Numbered from the stretch's first letter, positions 12,601 through 21,857 are shown. The stretch: 64,000 bases of DNA from Candidatus Nanopelagicales bacterium (GCA_030157865.1 JAOATY010000010.1:3987-67986), one strand, 5' to 3'. Numbers and translations: made by a program. The notes: generated by a model not told the origin, from the letters alone.

Positions 12601-13208
12601 CGTTCAATGCCTAAGCCGTGATCCATGAGTTCAACAAAATAGTTTTCTTGTCCCAAGATTTCGCGCATAGTTGCTGCAGTGCTTAAAGCTTTATCGTAAT
12701 TACCAGCCTGTAGCCAGCGATTAACTTCACCGGAAGGACAACCGGTAGTTCCGATTAGTCCTTTGCCATGTTGTTCGAGTAACTCGGCATCAAAACGCGG
12801 CTGGTAGTAATAGCCTTCAAGACTTGCCTTACTGGAAAGACGGAAGAGGTTGTGAAGTCCAACATTGTTTTCTGCCCACAGCGTCATATGGGTGTAGTTG
12901 TAGCGTCCGCGCCCAGCGCCATCAAGTGATGTGTCATCGACAGCTGGGGTTCCAAAATCAAATGGTGCGCGAAGTTTGCGACCTTGCGGTGCGTAATAGC
13001 CCTCGATGCCAATGATTGGTTTCACATTGCTGGATTGTGACTTCTTCCAAAATTCAAACGCACCATATAGATTGCCATGATCAGTCATAGCGATAGCTGG
13101 CATTCCGAGTTCATCGGCTTTAGAGAAAAGGTCAGTTAAGCGCGCCGCGCCATCCAGCATTGAATACTCGGTGTGCACATGAAGATGCACGAACGAGTCA
13201 TTGCTCAC
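9654..13208 (-). CDS. dnaE: Replicative DNA polymerase III alpha subunit (DnaE1)
   Basis: PHP FVHLHVHTEYSMLDG/TDHGN, GRGSAAG, PDIDIDF, KMDFLGL, YAFNKAH, clamp motif QFDLF; no intein. Confidence 0.97.
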   Translation of the reverse strand: MSNDSFVHLHVHTEYSMLDGAARLTDLFSKADELGMPAIAMTDHGNLYGAFEFWKKSQSSNVKPIIGIEGYYAPQGRKLRAPFDFGTPAVDDTSLDGAGRGRYNYTHMTLWAENNVGLHNLFRLSSKASLEGYYYQPRFDAELLEQHGKGLIGTTGCPSGEVNRWLQAGNYDKALSTAATMREILGQENYFVELMDHGLGIERRHREDLLKIAKTLNLKLVATNDLHYVYPEDARMHEVLLCIGTRATMDDPKRFKFDAQDFYLKTAAEMREVWRELPDACDNTLLIAERCNINFVEGQDLLPSFPVPAGETENTWLVKEVQIGLERRFNGNKIPKEHLERAKFELAVVEQMGFPGYFLVVADLCRHAREEGIRVGPGRGSAAGALIAWALGITELDPIQHGLLFERFLNPERISMPDIDIDFDERRRSEMIRYATQKYGEERVAQIITYASIKAKAAVKDSTRALGFPYALGDKITKAMPPGVMGKDIPLSGIFDPEHDRYGEAGEFRDLYDDDADVRAVVDTARGIEGLKRQPGVHAAGVILCKEELIDVLPVWRRDQDGAVITQFDMGACESLGLLKMDFLGLRNLTVLDDTLLNIKSNRDETVVLEELGLDDPKTYELLARGDTLGVFQLDSGPIRSLLRSMNPDNFEDISAVLALYRPGPMGVNAHTDYADYKNKRKAQVPIHPDLEKPLAGILGDTYGLIVYQEQVMAIAQEVAGYTLGQADLLRRAMGKKKKEILDKEYVPFEAGMKERGFAQVAINKLWETLVPFSDYAFNKAHSAGYGLVSYWTAYLKANYPAEYMAALLTSVKDDKDKSAVYLNECRRMGIKVLPPDVNESDVDFTAIGTDIRFGLAAVRNVGVNVVESLKVSRVEKGRFTSFGDFLTKVDVQVCNKRVIESLIKAGAFDSLGHTRRGLFAVHVEAVDSVLDTKKAEAIGQFDLFGTSDDFSDDAIGGVEVNISSDEWDKKTLLAQERDMLGLYVSDHPLFGVEHVLAMSTSMPISGVADASDGAVVTLGGLVSSVQLKTTKRSGDRWAIVALEDLEGVVEVMVWPNTFTKFATLLNDDAILLMKVRIDKRDDEGPRVAALEVSVPDISAAHSGPVNVYIPETRVNAAVMDSLRQILSAHPGTTEVHLTVVQADKFVSVKTDDKLRVAPSPSLFADLKALLGASCLEAPVLQTN

Positions 13209-13264
13209 AGGATTAGTTCCTTTTATTTCAGAGGGTAAGTTCGCGGGAGGAAGGACGCTCCCCT

Positions 13265-13286
13265 AGGTTACCTGCGACCTGTGACA
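13265..13286 (-). promoter_or_regulatory. PafBC/RecA-NDp-like promoter upstream of dnaE1
   Basis: Minus strand TGTCAC-N10-TAACCT; consensus TGTCRG-N10-TAnnnT, one mismatch. Confidence 0.45.
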
Positions 13287-13354
13287 AGAAAGTGCAGTGG
13301 GTCGAAGTGACTTTTTAGTGGCTGAGTCCTTTGAGCCAAGTCTCAAGGACTCGG

Positions 13355-14266
13355 CTAAAGGTTACGGGCCAGCTCTAAGGACTTGGCTAAATCTGGGGCA
13401 TATTCGGATTCGAAACTTACCCGCTCCCCAGAAACTGGGTGCTCGAAACCTAACCGAACGGCATGTAGCCATTGGCGGTCAAGCTTTAACTTGGCAGCCA
13501 AAGTTGGGTCCGCGCCATATGTAAGGTCGCCACAGCATGGGTGGCGAAGGCCTGACATGTGAACGCGAATTTGATGAGTTCGGCCAGTTTCTAGGTGAAC
13601 TTCCAAAAGTGATGCATAAGCAAACGATTCCAAGGTGTCGTAATGCGTAATGCTTGGTCGACCGCCACTCATGATTGCAAAGCGATATGAAGATGATGGG
13701 TGACGATCGATTGGTGCATCGATTGTTCCGTTGATTGGATCTAGTCGGCCCTGGATCAATGTGTGATAAATCTTGTCAACTGTGCGATCTCGGAATTGAT
13801 CTTTAATGCTGACGTAAGCACGTTCGGATTTGGTAACAACCATCAGGCCGCTAGTTCCAACATCTAGACGATGCACGATACCTTTACGTTCGGTTGGACC
13901 GTAGGAAGTTAGCACAGTTCCCATTGCTGTTAGTGAGCCGGTAACTGTTGGTCCAGACCAACCTTGGCTTGGATGAGCCGCAACACCAGCTGGCTTATCA
14001 ATTACAACGAATGAGTCGTCTTCAAAAACAATTGGAAGTTCAACCGTTGGTTCTGCTTCGTATAGGTCAGGGTCTGGAAGGTCCACTTCAATAACATCAC
14101 CGAAGGCTAAGCGCGCACTCTTCTGTGCAACTTTGCCATTTAAAGTAACGCGCTTTTCTTCCAGCAAAGTCACGCAAGTGGCGCGGGACTCCCCCGTAAG
14201 TCGAGACAAGGCCACGTCACAACGTTCGCCTTCAAGTGATTCGTCAATCGGCCAAGTACGAATCAT
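13355..14266 (-). CDS. rluD: RluA/RluD-family pseudouridine synthase
   Basis: S4 domain, DKPAG, GIVHRLDVGTSGL, LETGRTHQIRVH, QWLHA. Confidence 0.92.
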   Translation of the reverse strand: MIRTWPIDESLEGERCDVALSRLTGESRATCVTLLEEKRVTLNGKVAQKSARLAFGDVIEVDLPDPDLYEAEPTVELPIVFEDDSFVVIDKPAGVAAHPSQGWSGPTVTGSLTAMGTVLTSYGPTERKGIVHRLDVGTSGLMVVTKSERAYVSIKDQFRDRTVDKIYHTLIQGRLDPINGTIDAPIDRHPSSSYRFAIMSGGRPSITHYDTLESFAYASLLEVHLETGRTHQIRVHMSGLRHPCCGDLTYGADPTLAAKLKLDRQWLHAVRLGFEHPVSGERVSFESEYAPDLAKSLELARNL

Positions 14267-14787
14267 TTTTGATCAGCATCCGTTTCAGTTGGAAGTGCAT
14301 TTGGCGTTTGATACTCCACGCCTCGCATCGACAGAATTACCATCGCGATTGCCGAAAGCACGACCGCGCTGTCGCTGATGTTGAACATTGGGTAATTCGG
14401 CACCGAAATAAAGTCCACAACATGGCCATGAAACATTTCAGGACTGCGGAAAATTCGATCGATTAAATTACCGACCGCTCCACCTAGTAAGCCGCCAAGT
14501 GCAATAGCCCAAGGCTTGTTAGTTACATTCTTAGAAATCAATAGAATCGCAATCGTTACCGCGATGGCAATCAAAGTGAATACCCAGGTAACGCTGGTAC
14601 CGAATGAGAATGCAGCGCCCGGATTTCTTACAAACGAGAACTTTAGAAATTCGCCAATGACTTTAATGTCAGATTGGTTTTCAAGTCTGGCAACTGCCCA
14701 GGCTTTAGTCGCCAAATCGAGCAATATGACAACAAGTGCAGTTACGAGAAGTTGGCGACGATACACGACGTTAGGAACGGTCTTCAC
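14263..14787 (-). CDS. lspA: Lipoprotein signal peptidase II
   Basis: DLATK, NPGAAFS, GNLIDR, VVDFI, FNISD; GTG start at 14787 or 14766 rather than 14871. Confidence 0.93.
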   Translation of the reverse strand: MKTVPNVVYRRQLLVTALVVILLDLATKAWAVARLENQSDIKVIGEFLKFSFVRNPGAAFSFGTSVTWVFTLIAIAVTIAILLISKNVTNKPWAIALGGLLGGAVGNLIDRIFRSPEMFHGHVVDFISVPNYPMFNISDSAVVLSAIAMVILSMRGVEYQTPNALPTETDADQK

Positions 14788-15592
14788 GCTCGCGGCAAGG
14801 CATGCACATTGTTGCACGTGGATTAGCTTCTTGTAGGCGAAGCTTTCCGATTTGCTTGCCACAGTTTTCACATGCGCCGTAAGTTCCGGCTTCGATACGT
14901 TCTAATGCGCGATTGGTTTGATCCAATAGATCTTTCTTGTTTGAAAGAATCGAGATCTCGTGTTCACGCTCAAAAGTCTTGGTGCCTGCGTCAGCCTGAT
15001 CATCGCCTGCGCCTTCACCACTTTCCATGATCAAGGCATGGAAGCTTTCTTCAGCCTGGGCAATTTCAATTGCTAGTTCTTCTGCTTCGGAAGTAAGCAT
15101 TTTGCGAACTGCATTTAATTCTGTCTTTGTCCAGTTTGATTCATCTTCTTGAACTACTGGATGCTTAGGCGCAGCTTTCTTGCCTGGCACTGCCTTACGA
15201 ACAGAAGGAAGACCAACTGAACCAATTGGATTAATAACCTGAACCGGTGGACCAGCTAACGCGGCTGCCGCAGCAGCTTCAGCTTTTGCGATTGCAGCAA
15301 GCTGGGCTTTAGTAACTTTTGGTTCCTTAACAACTACTGGCTTTGGTTCAGCAACTTTCTTAGCTGGCTTAACTGGCGCAACTTTCTTCGCTACCTTTGC
15401 CGGAGCTTTTTTCGCTGGGGCTTTTTTGGCTGGAGCCTTTTTCGCAGGTTCTTTCTTAGCCGCAGCCTTCTTTGCTACTGGGGCTTTTTTGGCAGGGGCA
15501 GCCTTCTTTGCTGGCGCTGACTTCTTGGCAGCTGGAGCCTTCTTGGCAGCGCTTGCCTTAGTTGGCGTCTTCTTAGCTGGTTTCGCAGCCAT
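14771..15592 (-). CDS. DksA/TraR C4 zinc-finger protein with histone-H1-like Lys/Ala/Pro N-terminal tail
   Basis: Coiled-coil tip GDDQADAG, CENC...CMPC, about 90 aa of PAKK/AKK repeats. Confidence 0.88.
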   Translation of the reverse strand: MAAKPAKKTPTKASAAKKAPAAKKSAPAKKAAPAKKAPVAKKAAAKKEPAKKAPAKKAPAKKAPAKVAKKVAPVKPAKKVAEPKPVVVKEPKVTKAQLAAIAKAEAAAAAALAGPPVQVINPIGSVGLPSVRKAVPGKKAAPKHPVVQEDESNWTKTELNAVRKMLTSEAEELAIEIAQAEESFHALIMESGEGAGDDQADAGTKTFEREHEISILSNKKDLLDQTNRALERIEAGTYGACENCGKQIGKLRLQEANPRATMCMPCREREDRS

Positions 15593-15849
15593 GGTATTCC
15601 CCTTTAAGTAATGCCTAATTTTTATCGACTAAGTCCCTAGACTCTACCGAGTCCATTGGATAATGCTCGCTAGAAGGTACGTTAAAACACGAATTCCTGC
15701 AATTTTTGGCCAAGTTTTGGGTAGATCTGGTGGAAACCTCGATTACCGGGCTGTTTTCAATCGCAATTCGGCGCGATCACACTGTTCTTAAGCCTTCGCA
15801 AAATGGGAATAATCAACCTTTCCTACTAATCTTTACTACTAGTCGGCAA

Positions 15850-16160
15850 AACGATGATGAAGACACATTGCGCAGCCAACAACACCAAATCAGCGAATTG
15901 GGGACGGTGTAAGCCCAAAAAGGTGTTGTTCTGAGTGATATCACTTCTGAGTTGCTTCGAAGAACGGCCAATAATGGGAATAGATCCCCAACTTGGCCAA
16001 GTAGAACGAGTCAGCTGACCGAAACTTAAGTGGATTTTGCGTCGCAAGTGCAAAGTCAACAAGGGTGGTACCGCGGGAATGGCCTAAAAATCATCTCGTC
16101 CCTTGAATTCATATTCACCAAACGGTGATCATGAAAATTGACTGCAAGCGACGAGGAAAA
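15850..16160 (+). ncRNA. ileS T-box riboswitch (translational type, Ile AUC specifier)
   Basis: Stem I with GA/K-turn motif (TGATGAAG...CTTCTGA), AGCGA bulge, GGTGTAA loop, ATC specifier 15940-15942; T-box AAGGGTGGTACCGCG 16061-16075; CTCGTCCCTTG (16095-16105) pairs with CAAGCGACGAG (16145-16155), covering the SD. Confidence 0.92.
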
Positions 16161-16163
16161 CTG

Positions 16164-19100
16164 ATGGCTTACCGCGATGTACCCGCGAAGATTGATCTTC
16201 CAGCGATGGAGCACGATGTGCTCTCGTTTTGGAAAGACAATGACATCTTTCATAAATCATTAGCGCGAACTAGTGATGGTCCGCGCTGGGTGTTTTTCGA
16301 AGGACCGCCGACAGCTAACGGCATGCCAGGAACACACCACGTCGAGGCACGCGTATTCAAGGACATCTTCCCGCGCTATCGCACCATGAAGGGTTACAAC
16401 GTTCCGCGTAAGGCTGGTTGGGACTGCCATGGCTTGCCAGTCGAATTAGCCGTTGAAAAGGAATTGGGTTTCACTGGCAAACAAGATATTGAAAAATACG
16501 GAATCGCAGAATTCAATGCTCGATGCAAAGAATCAGTATTGCGTCACGTTGATGAATTCGAAAACATGACTTCGCGCATGGGCTACTGGGTAGATATGGA
16601 CCAGGCCTATTGGACCATGGATGAAAAATACATCGACAGCGTTTGGTGGAGCTTAAAGCGAATCTTTGATAAAGGTCTCTTGGTTCAGGATCACCGCGTT
16701 TCTCCGTATTGCCCACGTTGCGGCACTGGCTTATCCGATCACGAATTAGCTCAAGGCTACGAAGATGTAGTCGACGCCTCGGTTTATGTTCGATTCCCTG
16801 TGACAAGTGGTCCACTTCCAGAAAAGTATTCCGGAATCTCGTTATTGATTTGGACAACCACACCTTGGACTTTAATTTCCAACACCGCTGCTGCAGTTAA
16901 TGCTGAAGTTGATTACGTTGTTGCCCAAACTGCTGATGGCGAATACCTGGTCATTGCCGAAGCGTTACGCGAAAAAGTGCTTGGCGAAGACTCAAAGGCA
17001 CTCGAAACCATCAAGGGTCGTGACCTAGAAGGCACCAGTTACCAGCGTCCGTTCGATTGGGTAACTTTCCCAGAAACAGATGCTCCGGTACATACCGTGC
17101 TATTGGCTGACTTTGTTACCACCGAAGACGGTACTGGCGTAGTCCATGAAGCTCCAGCATTTGGCGCAGAGGATCTTGTACTTTGTCGTTCATATGGTTT
17201 GCCGGTTGTAAATCCAGTTTTGCCAAATGGAACTTTTGAATCTGATATTCCAGAAGTAGCTGGAGTCTTCTTTAAGACCGCTGATCCGCGTCTAGTCGAG
17301 TTGCTAGAGGAAAAGGGACTGCTGTTCCGTCATCTGCCTTATGAGCACTCCTACCCGCATTGCTGGAGATGTCACACTGCGTTGATTTATTACGCACAAC
17401 CGTCTTGGTACATCAAGACCACTGAGATCAAAGACAAGTTGCTAGCTCAAAACGAAAAAACCAATTGGTTCCCAGAAACTATTAAGAACGGTCGATTCGG
17501 TGACTGGCTAAACAACAACGTCGACTGGGCACTTTCACGTAATCGCTATTGGGGAACTCCGCTACCAATCTGGCGCTGTGAAGAAAACCACTTAACTTGC
17601 GTTGGTGGTCGCTCAGAACTTGCATCTCTTGCAGGCGATCACACCTTAACCGTTGATCCACATAGACCGTTTGTGGACGACATCATTTTTGCTTGCCCAG
17701 AGTGCGGTGGTACTGCTACTCGAGTACCGGAAGTCATCGACTGTTGGTACGACTCAGGTGCAATGCCATTCGCACAATGGGGTTACCCAGAAAACAATAA
17801 GGAAACTTTTGAAGCCAGCTACCCAGCTGATTTCATTTGTGAAGCGATTGATCAAACCCGTGGCTGGTTCTACACCTTGATGGCCATTGGAACTTTAGTG
17901 TTTGAAGAATCTTCATACGAGAACGTGCTTTGTCTTGGTCACATCCTTGATGAAGACGGTCGAAAGATGAGTAAGCACTTAGGTAACGTGCTTGAGCCAA
18001 TCGGTTTGATGGATGAACACGGTGCTGATGCACTTCGTTGGTTCATGCTTGTAAGTGGTTCGCCATGGAGCGCACGTCGCGTTGGTCACGGCACAATTGC
18101 AGAAGTTGTTCGCAAGACACTTCTTACTTACTGGAACACTGTTGCATTCCAAAGTCTCTATGCTCGCGCAGGTAATTGGGATAGCAGCACTGCTTCGCTT
18201 GATGGACTTACTGACCTTGATCAGTGGGCAGTATCGCAAGCCACTCGCCTAGCGCGCGATGTCGATCAGGCACTTGAACAGTTCGATACGCAACGTGCTG
18301 GTCGCTTTATTGCTGAGTACGTAGATGATTTGAGCAACTGGTACGTCCGTCGTTCTCGTCGCCGGTTCTGGGATGCAGATCACGCGGCGCTAAGTACTTT
18401 GCATTACTGCCTAAAGGTAGTGACTCAAGTAATGGCTCCGTTCACACCGTTTATTACTGAACGCGTTTGGCAAGACCTTTACACAACTTCAGACACTGAA
18501 TCTGTGCACTTGAGTTCTTGGCCACAGTGGTCAGATGACCAGATCAGCGACACCTTGCGTGATCAGGTTGATCTAACTCGCCGCTTAGTTGAACTTGGTC
18601 GATCGGCGCGCGCCGCATCTGGCGTAAAGACGCGTCAGCCACTTCAGCGTGCATTGGTCGCGGCTCCAGGTTGGGACACTTTGCCAGAAGGTCTGCAGGC
18701 TCAGATTCGAGATGAAGTAAACGTATTAAGTCTGGAAAGTCTGTCAGGTACTGGCGAGCTTGTTGATGTCAGCCTGAAGGCGAACTTCAAGACACTTGGC
18801 GCAAGGTTTGGCAAGAGTACGCCAGAAATTGCTTCGGCAATCGCTTCGGCAGATGCCAATGCCTTAGTAGATGCCTTGAGATCTGGCACTACCTCTGTTC
18901 AAGTTTCTGGGGTCGACTACGAAATTGGTCCGGATGATGTTGTCGTCACCGAAGTCCCTCGTGAAGGCTGGACTGTTGCAAGTGATTCTGGTGAATCATT
19001 AGCCCTCGATCTAGCCTTGACTCCTGAGTTAATCGGTCAAGGCATTGCTCGAGACGTTACTCGCCTGATTCAAGATGCTCGCAAATCATCTGGCTTGGAC

Positions 19101-19283
19101 ATTAGCGATCGAATTGTTGTTACTTGGGAGTCTGATGCGGAAGCAACAGTTGCGGCGCTAACTTCTCATGCTGACTTAGTAGCCAGTGAAGTCTTAGCAA
19201 CCACTTGGTCACAAGGAACAGTAGCTGAGCCAACTGCAACTGATGAGGAATTAGGACTTAAGGTTTTAATTACTAAAGCGTAG
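16164..19283 (+). CDS. ileS: Isoleucine--tRNA ligase (type 2)
   Basis: EGPPTANGMPGTHH, GWDCHGLP, WTTTPWTL, DWALSRNRYWGTP, EAIDQTRGWFY, KMSKH; ATG 16164 follows SD GAGGA. Confidence 0.97.
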   Translation: MAYRDVPAKIDLPAMEHDVLSFWKDNDIFHKSLARTSDGPRWVFFEGPPTANGMPGTHHVEARVFKDIFPRYRTMKGYNVPRKAGWDCHGLPVELAVEKELGFTGKQDIEKYGIAEFNARCKESVLRHVDEFENMTSRMGYWVDMDQAYWTMDEKYIDSVWWSLKRIFDKGLLVQDHRVSPYCPRCGTGLSDHELAQGYEDVVDASVYVRFPVTSGPLPEKYSGISLLIWTTTPWTLISNTAAAVNAEVDYVVAQTADGEYLVIAEALREKVLGEDSKALETIKGRDLEGTSYQRPFDWVTFPETDAPVHTVLLADFVTTEDGTGVVHEAPAFGAEDLVLCRSYGLPVVNPVLPNGTFESDIPEVAGVFFKTADPRLVELLEEKGLLFRHLPYEHSYPHCWRCHTALIYYAQPSWYIKTTEIKDKLLAQNEKTNWFPETIKNGRFGDWLNNNVDWALSRNRYWGTPLPIWRCEENHLTCVGGRSELASLAGDHTLTVDPHRPFVDDIIFACPECGGTATRVPEVIDCWYDSGAMPFAQWGYPENNKETFEASYPADFICEAIDQTRGWFYTLMAIGTLVFEESSYENVLCLGHILDEDGRKMSKHLGNVLEPIGLMDEHGADALRWFMLVSGSPWSARRVGHGTIAEVVRKTLLTYWNTVAFQSLYARAGNWDSSTASLDGLTDLDQWAVSQATRLARDVDQALEQFDTQRAGRFIAEYVDDLSNWYVRRSRRRFWDADHAALSTLHYCLKVVTQVMAPFTPFITERVWQDLYTTSDTESVHLSSWPQWSDDQISDTLRDQVDLTRRLVELGRSARAASGVKTRQPLQRALVAAPGWDTLPEGLQAQIRDEVNVLSLESLSGTGELVDVSLKANFKTLGARFGKSTPEIASAIASADANALVDALRSGTTSVQVSGVDYEIGPDDVVVTEVPREGWTVASDSGESLALDLALTPELIGQGIARDVTRLIQDARKSSGLDISDRIVVTWESDAEATVAALTSHADLVASEVLATTWSQGTVAEPTATDEELGLKVLITKA

Positions 19284-19289
19284 TTACAT

Positions 19290-19327
19290 AAAAAGAAGGC
19301 CTGGGAAAATCCCAGGCCTTCTTTTTT
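19290..19327. terminator. Bidirectional intrinsic terminator between ileS and divIVA
   Basis: AAAAAGAAGGCCTGGGA-aaa-TCCCAGGCCTTCTTTTTT. Confidence 0.9.
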
Positions 19328-19335
19328 GTTAAGAA

Positions 19336-20142
19336 TTAATCTTCAGTTACCTGACGGTCACCACTGATGTTCTTGGATTCAAGTTCACGAAGCTGTCCTT
19401 CTAGGTAGCTGCGTAGACGACCACGGTATTCGCGTTCGTAGGCACGAAGTTCTTCAACTCGACGCTCCATTGCTACGCGCTGTGACTCAAACTCACGAGT
19501 GATGTTTGCAACGTTTGTCTTAGCTTCAGAAACAAGTTCTTCAGATGTTGACTTGGCTGCACTTAGAAGCTGCTCAGATTCGATTCGAGCTGAAGCGACT
19601 GCTTCGTCTGCGGTGCGCTGGGCAAGTTCAAGGATACGTACTGAAGCCACACCTTGTTCGGCTGGTGATGAGGATGCTGCTGCAGTTGCAGCCGCAGCCA
19701 CGCCTTCAGACTGTGAAGTAGCAAGCTGCTCTTTAAGTTCGGAAATTGCATCAGAGCTTGCTGATAGTTCGCTCTGTGTTGCAGAAAGTTGTGATTCAAG
19801 TTCATTGATACGAGCTTGTGCATCCTTTAGCAATTCATCGCTAGCTGCACTGTCTTCAGAAACTACTGCGCGTGCCTGTGAATCTTCAAGTGCCTTAGCT
19901 GCCTGATCTAGTTCACTCTTTAGACGAGCATTCTCGTCACTCAGCGAACGGATCTCTTCGCGGATTGATTCCGGTACTTCACCCTTGGCAGTTGCGCGCA
20001 GGTCTTCGGCTTCGCGAGTTACTGCAGACAGTGACTCTTCGATTTCGTCTAGGAAGTTATCAACCTCATCAAGGTCGTAACCTTCTTTGAATCGAACTGT
20101 AGTGAACTGCTTGTTACGCACGTCTTCAGGCGTCAAAGCCAT
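19336..20142 (-). CDS. divIVA: DivIVA/Wag31 polar growth protein
   Basis: LTPEDVRNKQFTTVRFKEGYDLDEVDNFLD; C-terminal coiled coil ERRVEELRAYEREYRGRLRSYLE. Confidence 0.95.
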   Translation of the reverse strand: MALTPEDVRNKQFTTVRFKEGYDLDEVDNFLDEIEESLSAVTREAEDLRATAKGEVPESIREEIRSLSDENARLKSELDQAAKALEDSQARAVVSEDSAASDELLKDAQARINELESQLSATQSELSASSDAISELKEQLATSQSEGVAAAATAAASSSPAEQGVASVRILELAQRTADEAVASARIESEQLLSAAKSTSEELVSEAKTNVANITREFESQRVAMERRVEELRAYEREYRGRLRSYLEGQLRELESKNISGDRQVTED

Positions 20143-20303
20143 GATGAAAACCTTCCGTCTTGAATAATGTCCGAGATTGTTGAGAAATCCTCAACCTCGT
20201 GCCTTCTAGATTAGAGATAAATCCGCAGAAAGTGAAACCCAGATCACTGTTTCTAAGGTTTTTAGGGGTTATTTCAAGTCCAGTGAATCGGACATTTACA
20301 ACA

Positions 20304-20588
20304 CTAAATTCCGGCCAAAATTCCACGGGTGATTGAAATTGCAAGCAACAAAATGATGAATGACAGATCTAACGAAACGCTTCCGATGCGAACACTGGGA
20401 ACCACTTTACGAATTGCCTTTAAGGGTGGATCTGTAAGCGTGAAAACCGTTTCGGAGAGCAATAAAAGCGGACCCTTTGGTCGCCAATCTCGGGCGAAAA
20501 TCGAAACGTACTCAAGAACTAATCTGGCAATCAAAATCAGAACATAAAGATTAAGAAGCGATGAGATTAACGCAGCAACAGATGACAC
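20304..20588 (-). CDS. yggT: YggT/YlmG family membrane protein
   Basis: TLTDPPLKAIRKVVP...LDLS motif; dcw position. Confidence 0.9.
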   Translation of the reverse strand: MSSVAALISSLLNLYVLILIARLVLEYVSIFARDWRPKGPLLLLSETVFTLTDPPLKAIRKVVPSVRIGSVSLDLSFIILLLAISITRGILAGI

Positions 20589-20600
20589 GGTGAAGGGTTA

Positions 20601-21098
20601 TTAGCTCTGGTTGAAGAATGGATCTTCGCGCAGTTGCGCACGAGCAGCTGCACCAATATCAACATTTGCTGGTGACAAAAGGAATACGCCCTTAGTTACC
20701 TTTTCAATGCTGCCGTGAAGTCCAAAAGCTAGACCTGCGGAGAAATCAACGATACGGCGAGCGTCTGCTTCGTCCATGTCGCTTAAGTTCATGATTACTG
20801 GAGTACCAGAACGGAACTCTTCGCCAATACGACGAGCATCGTTGTAAGTAATTGGGTGCAAAGTTGTGATGCGGTAAACATCAGCAAGCGGTGCCGCTGC
20901 GCGAGTTGGCGCTGCGTAGGAAGTGTGAGCCTGTTCGCTGACATGCTCGTAAGAAGATGTGGTTGTTACCGGGCGCAATGGCGCTTGCTCTTCGTATGAC
21001 TGGTATTCCGCATCAGCGTAGTTACCGAATTCATCGGTGTATTCGCCGCCATCGACAAGGCCAAGATATTCAGCCATTTTTCGCATTGCGTTAGCCAT
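20601..21098 (-). CDS. sepF: Cell division protein SepF
   Basis: MRKMAEYLGL amphipathic helix, ITTLHP, IGEEFR, RRIVDFSAGL, VFLLSP; start trimmed to ATG 21098. Confidence 0.95.
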   Translation of the reverse strand: MANAMRKMAEYLGLVDGGEYTDEFGNYADAEYQSYEEQAPLRPVTTTSSYEHVSEQAHTSYAAPTRAAAPLADVYRITTLHPITYNDARRIGEEFRSGTPVIMNLSDMDEADARRIVDFSAGLAFGLHGSIEKVTKGVFLLSPANVDIGAAARAQLREDPFFNQS

Positions 21099-21133
21099 GT
21101 GGTTCGCTCCTTGCAGGGGTAAGTAATACGAAC

Positions 21134-21832
21134 TTACCCCTGAAAACCCCGTTTTCCGAGGATCGATGAGCCTATTCGAAGGTGTGTCGCGCCATATTTC
21201 AAGGCAGTTGCAAAGTCCCCGCTCATGCCAGCCGAGATCCAATTTGCCTCCGGAAACTTGGCTTGGATCAGGTTGGCAAACTCTTGCAATCGGGCAAACG
21301 CCATGTCGTCATCTCCGCCGAGCGGTGCCACTCCCATTACTCCCTGAAGTTTTAATCCACTGGAGCTAGATATCAAATCGGCGAGATCCATAATTTCGTC
21401 TGGCAATGCTCCTCCCCGATTTTCAGTCGGGACGGGGTCCAGATTGGCTTGGATTAAAACCCCAAGCGGAGTTTCACGATTAGCTACCGCCTTGGTTAGC
21501 GCAGCTACTAAATCAACACGATCAACGCTATGCACTACATCAGCCCAAGCAGCAACACTTTTTGCTTTATTGGTTTGCAGTTGACCAATTGCATGCCAAA
21601 TCAAATTCTTTGCCTGCACTTCGTCGTGCTTCGGCTTGGCTTCCTGATCGCGATTTTCACCAACATTGGATACGCCAAGTTCAGCCAAAAGATCAACATC
21701 ACTTGCAGGCCAGGTTTTAGTCACTGCGATTAGCGTGACATCTTCGCGATTTCGATTTGCCGCAATGCAAGCCTGCGAAATGTCGCGCTCAACATCTTGC
21801 AAATTGGCTTGCAACTCTTGCTTTCGATCCAT
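21134..21832 (-). CDS. yggS: PLP homeostasis protein YggS
   Basis: LIAVTKT, GENRDQE, IGQLQTNK, SAGMSGD, GATHLRIGS. Confidence 0.95.
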   Translation of the reverse strand: MDRKQELQANLQDVERDISQACIAANRNREDVTLIAVTKTWPASDVDLLAELGVSNVGENRDQEAKPKHDEVQAKNLIWHAIGQLQTNKAKSVAAWADVVHSVDRVDLVAALTKAVANRETPLGVLIQANLDPVPTENRGGALPDEIMDLADLISSSSGLKLQGVMGVAPLGGDDDMAFARLQEFANLIQAKFPEANWISAGMSGDFATALKYGATHLRIGSSILGKRGFQG

Positions 21833-21857
21833 GCTGTCCACTCTATGAGTTTGAGAA

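Noticed and set aside
9654-13208. Intein or split in dnaE1
   Set aside because: Normal length (1184 aa) with continuous motifs and no intein signatures
15330-15590. Low-complexity repeated DNA as a mobile or repeat element
   Set aside because: It simply encodes the PAKK repeats of the DksA-like protein
15706-16253. Small ORFs upstream of ileS as leader peptides
   Set aside because: The region is explained by the T-box RNA, and none is an Ile-rich attenuator peptide
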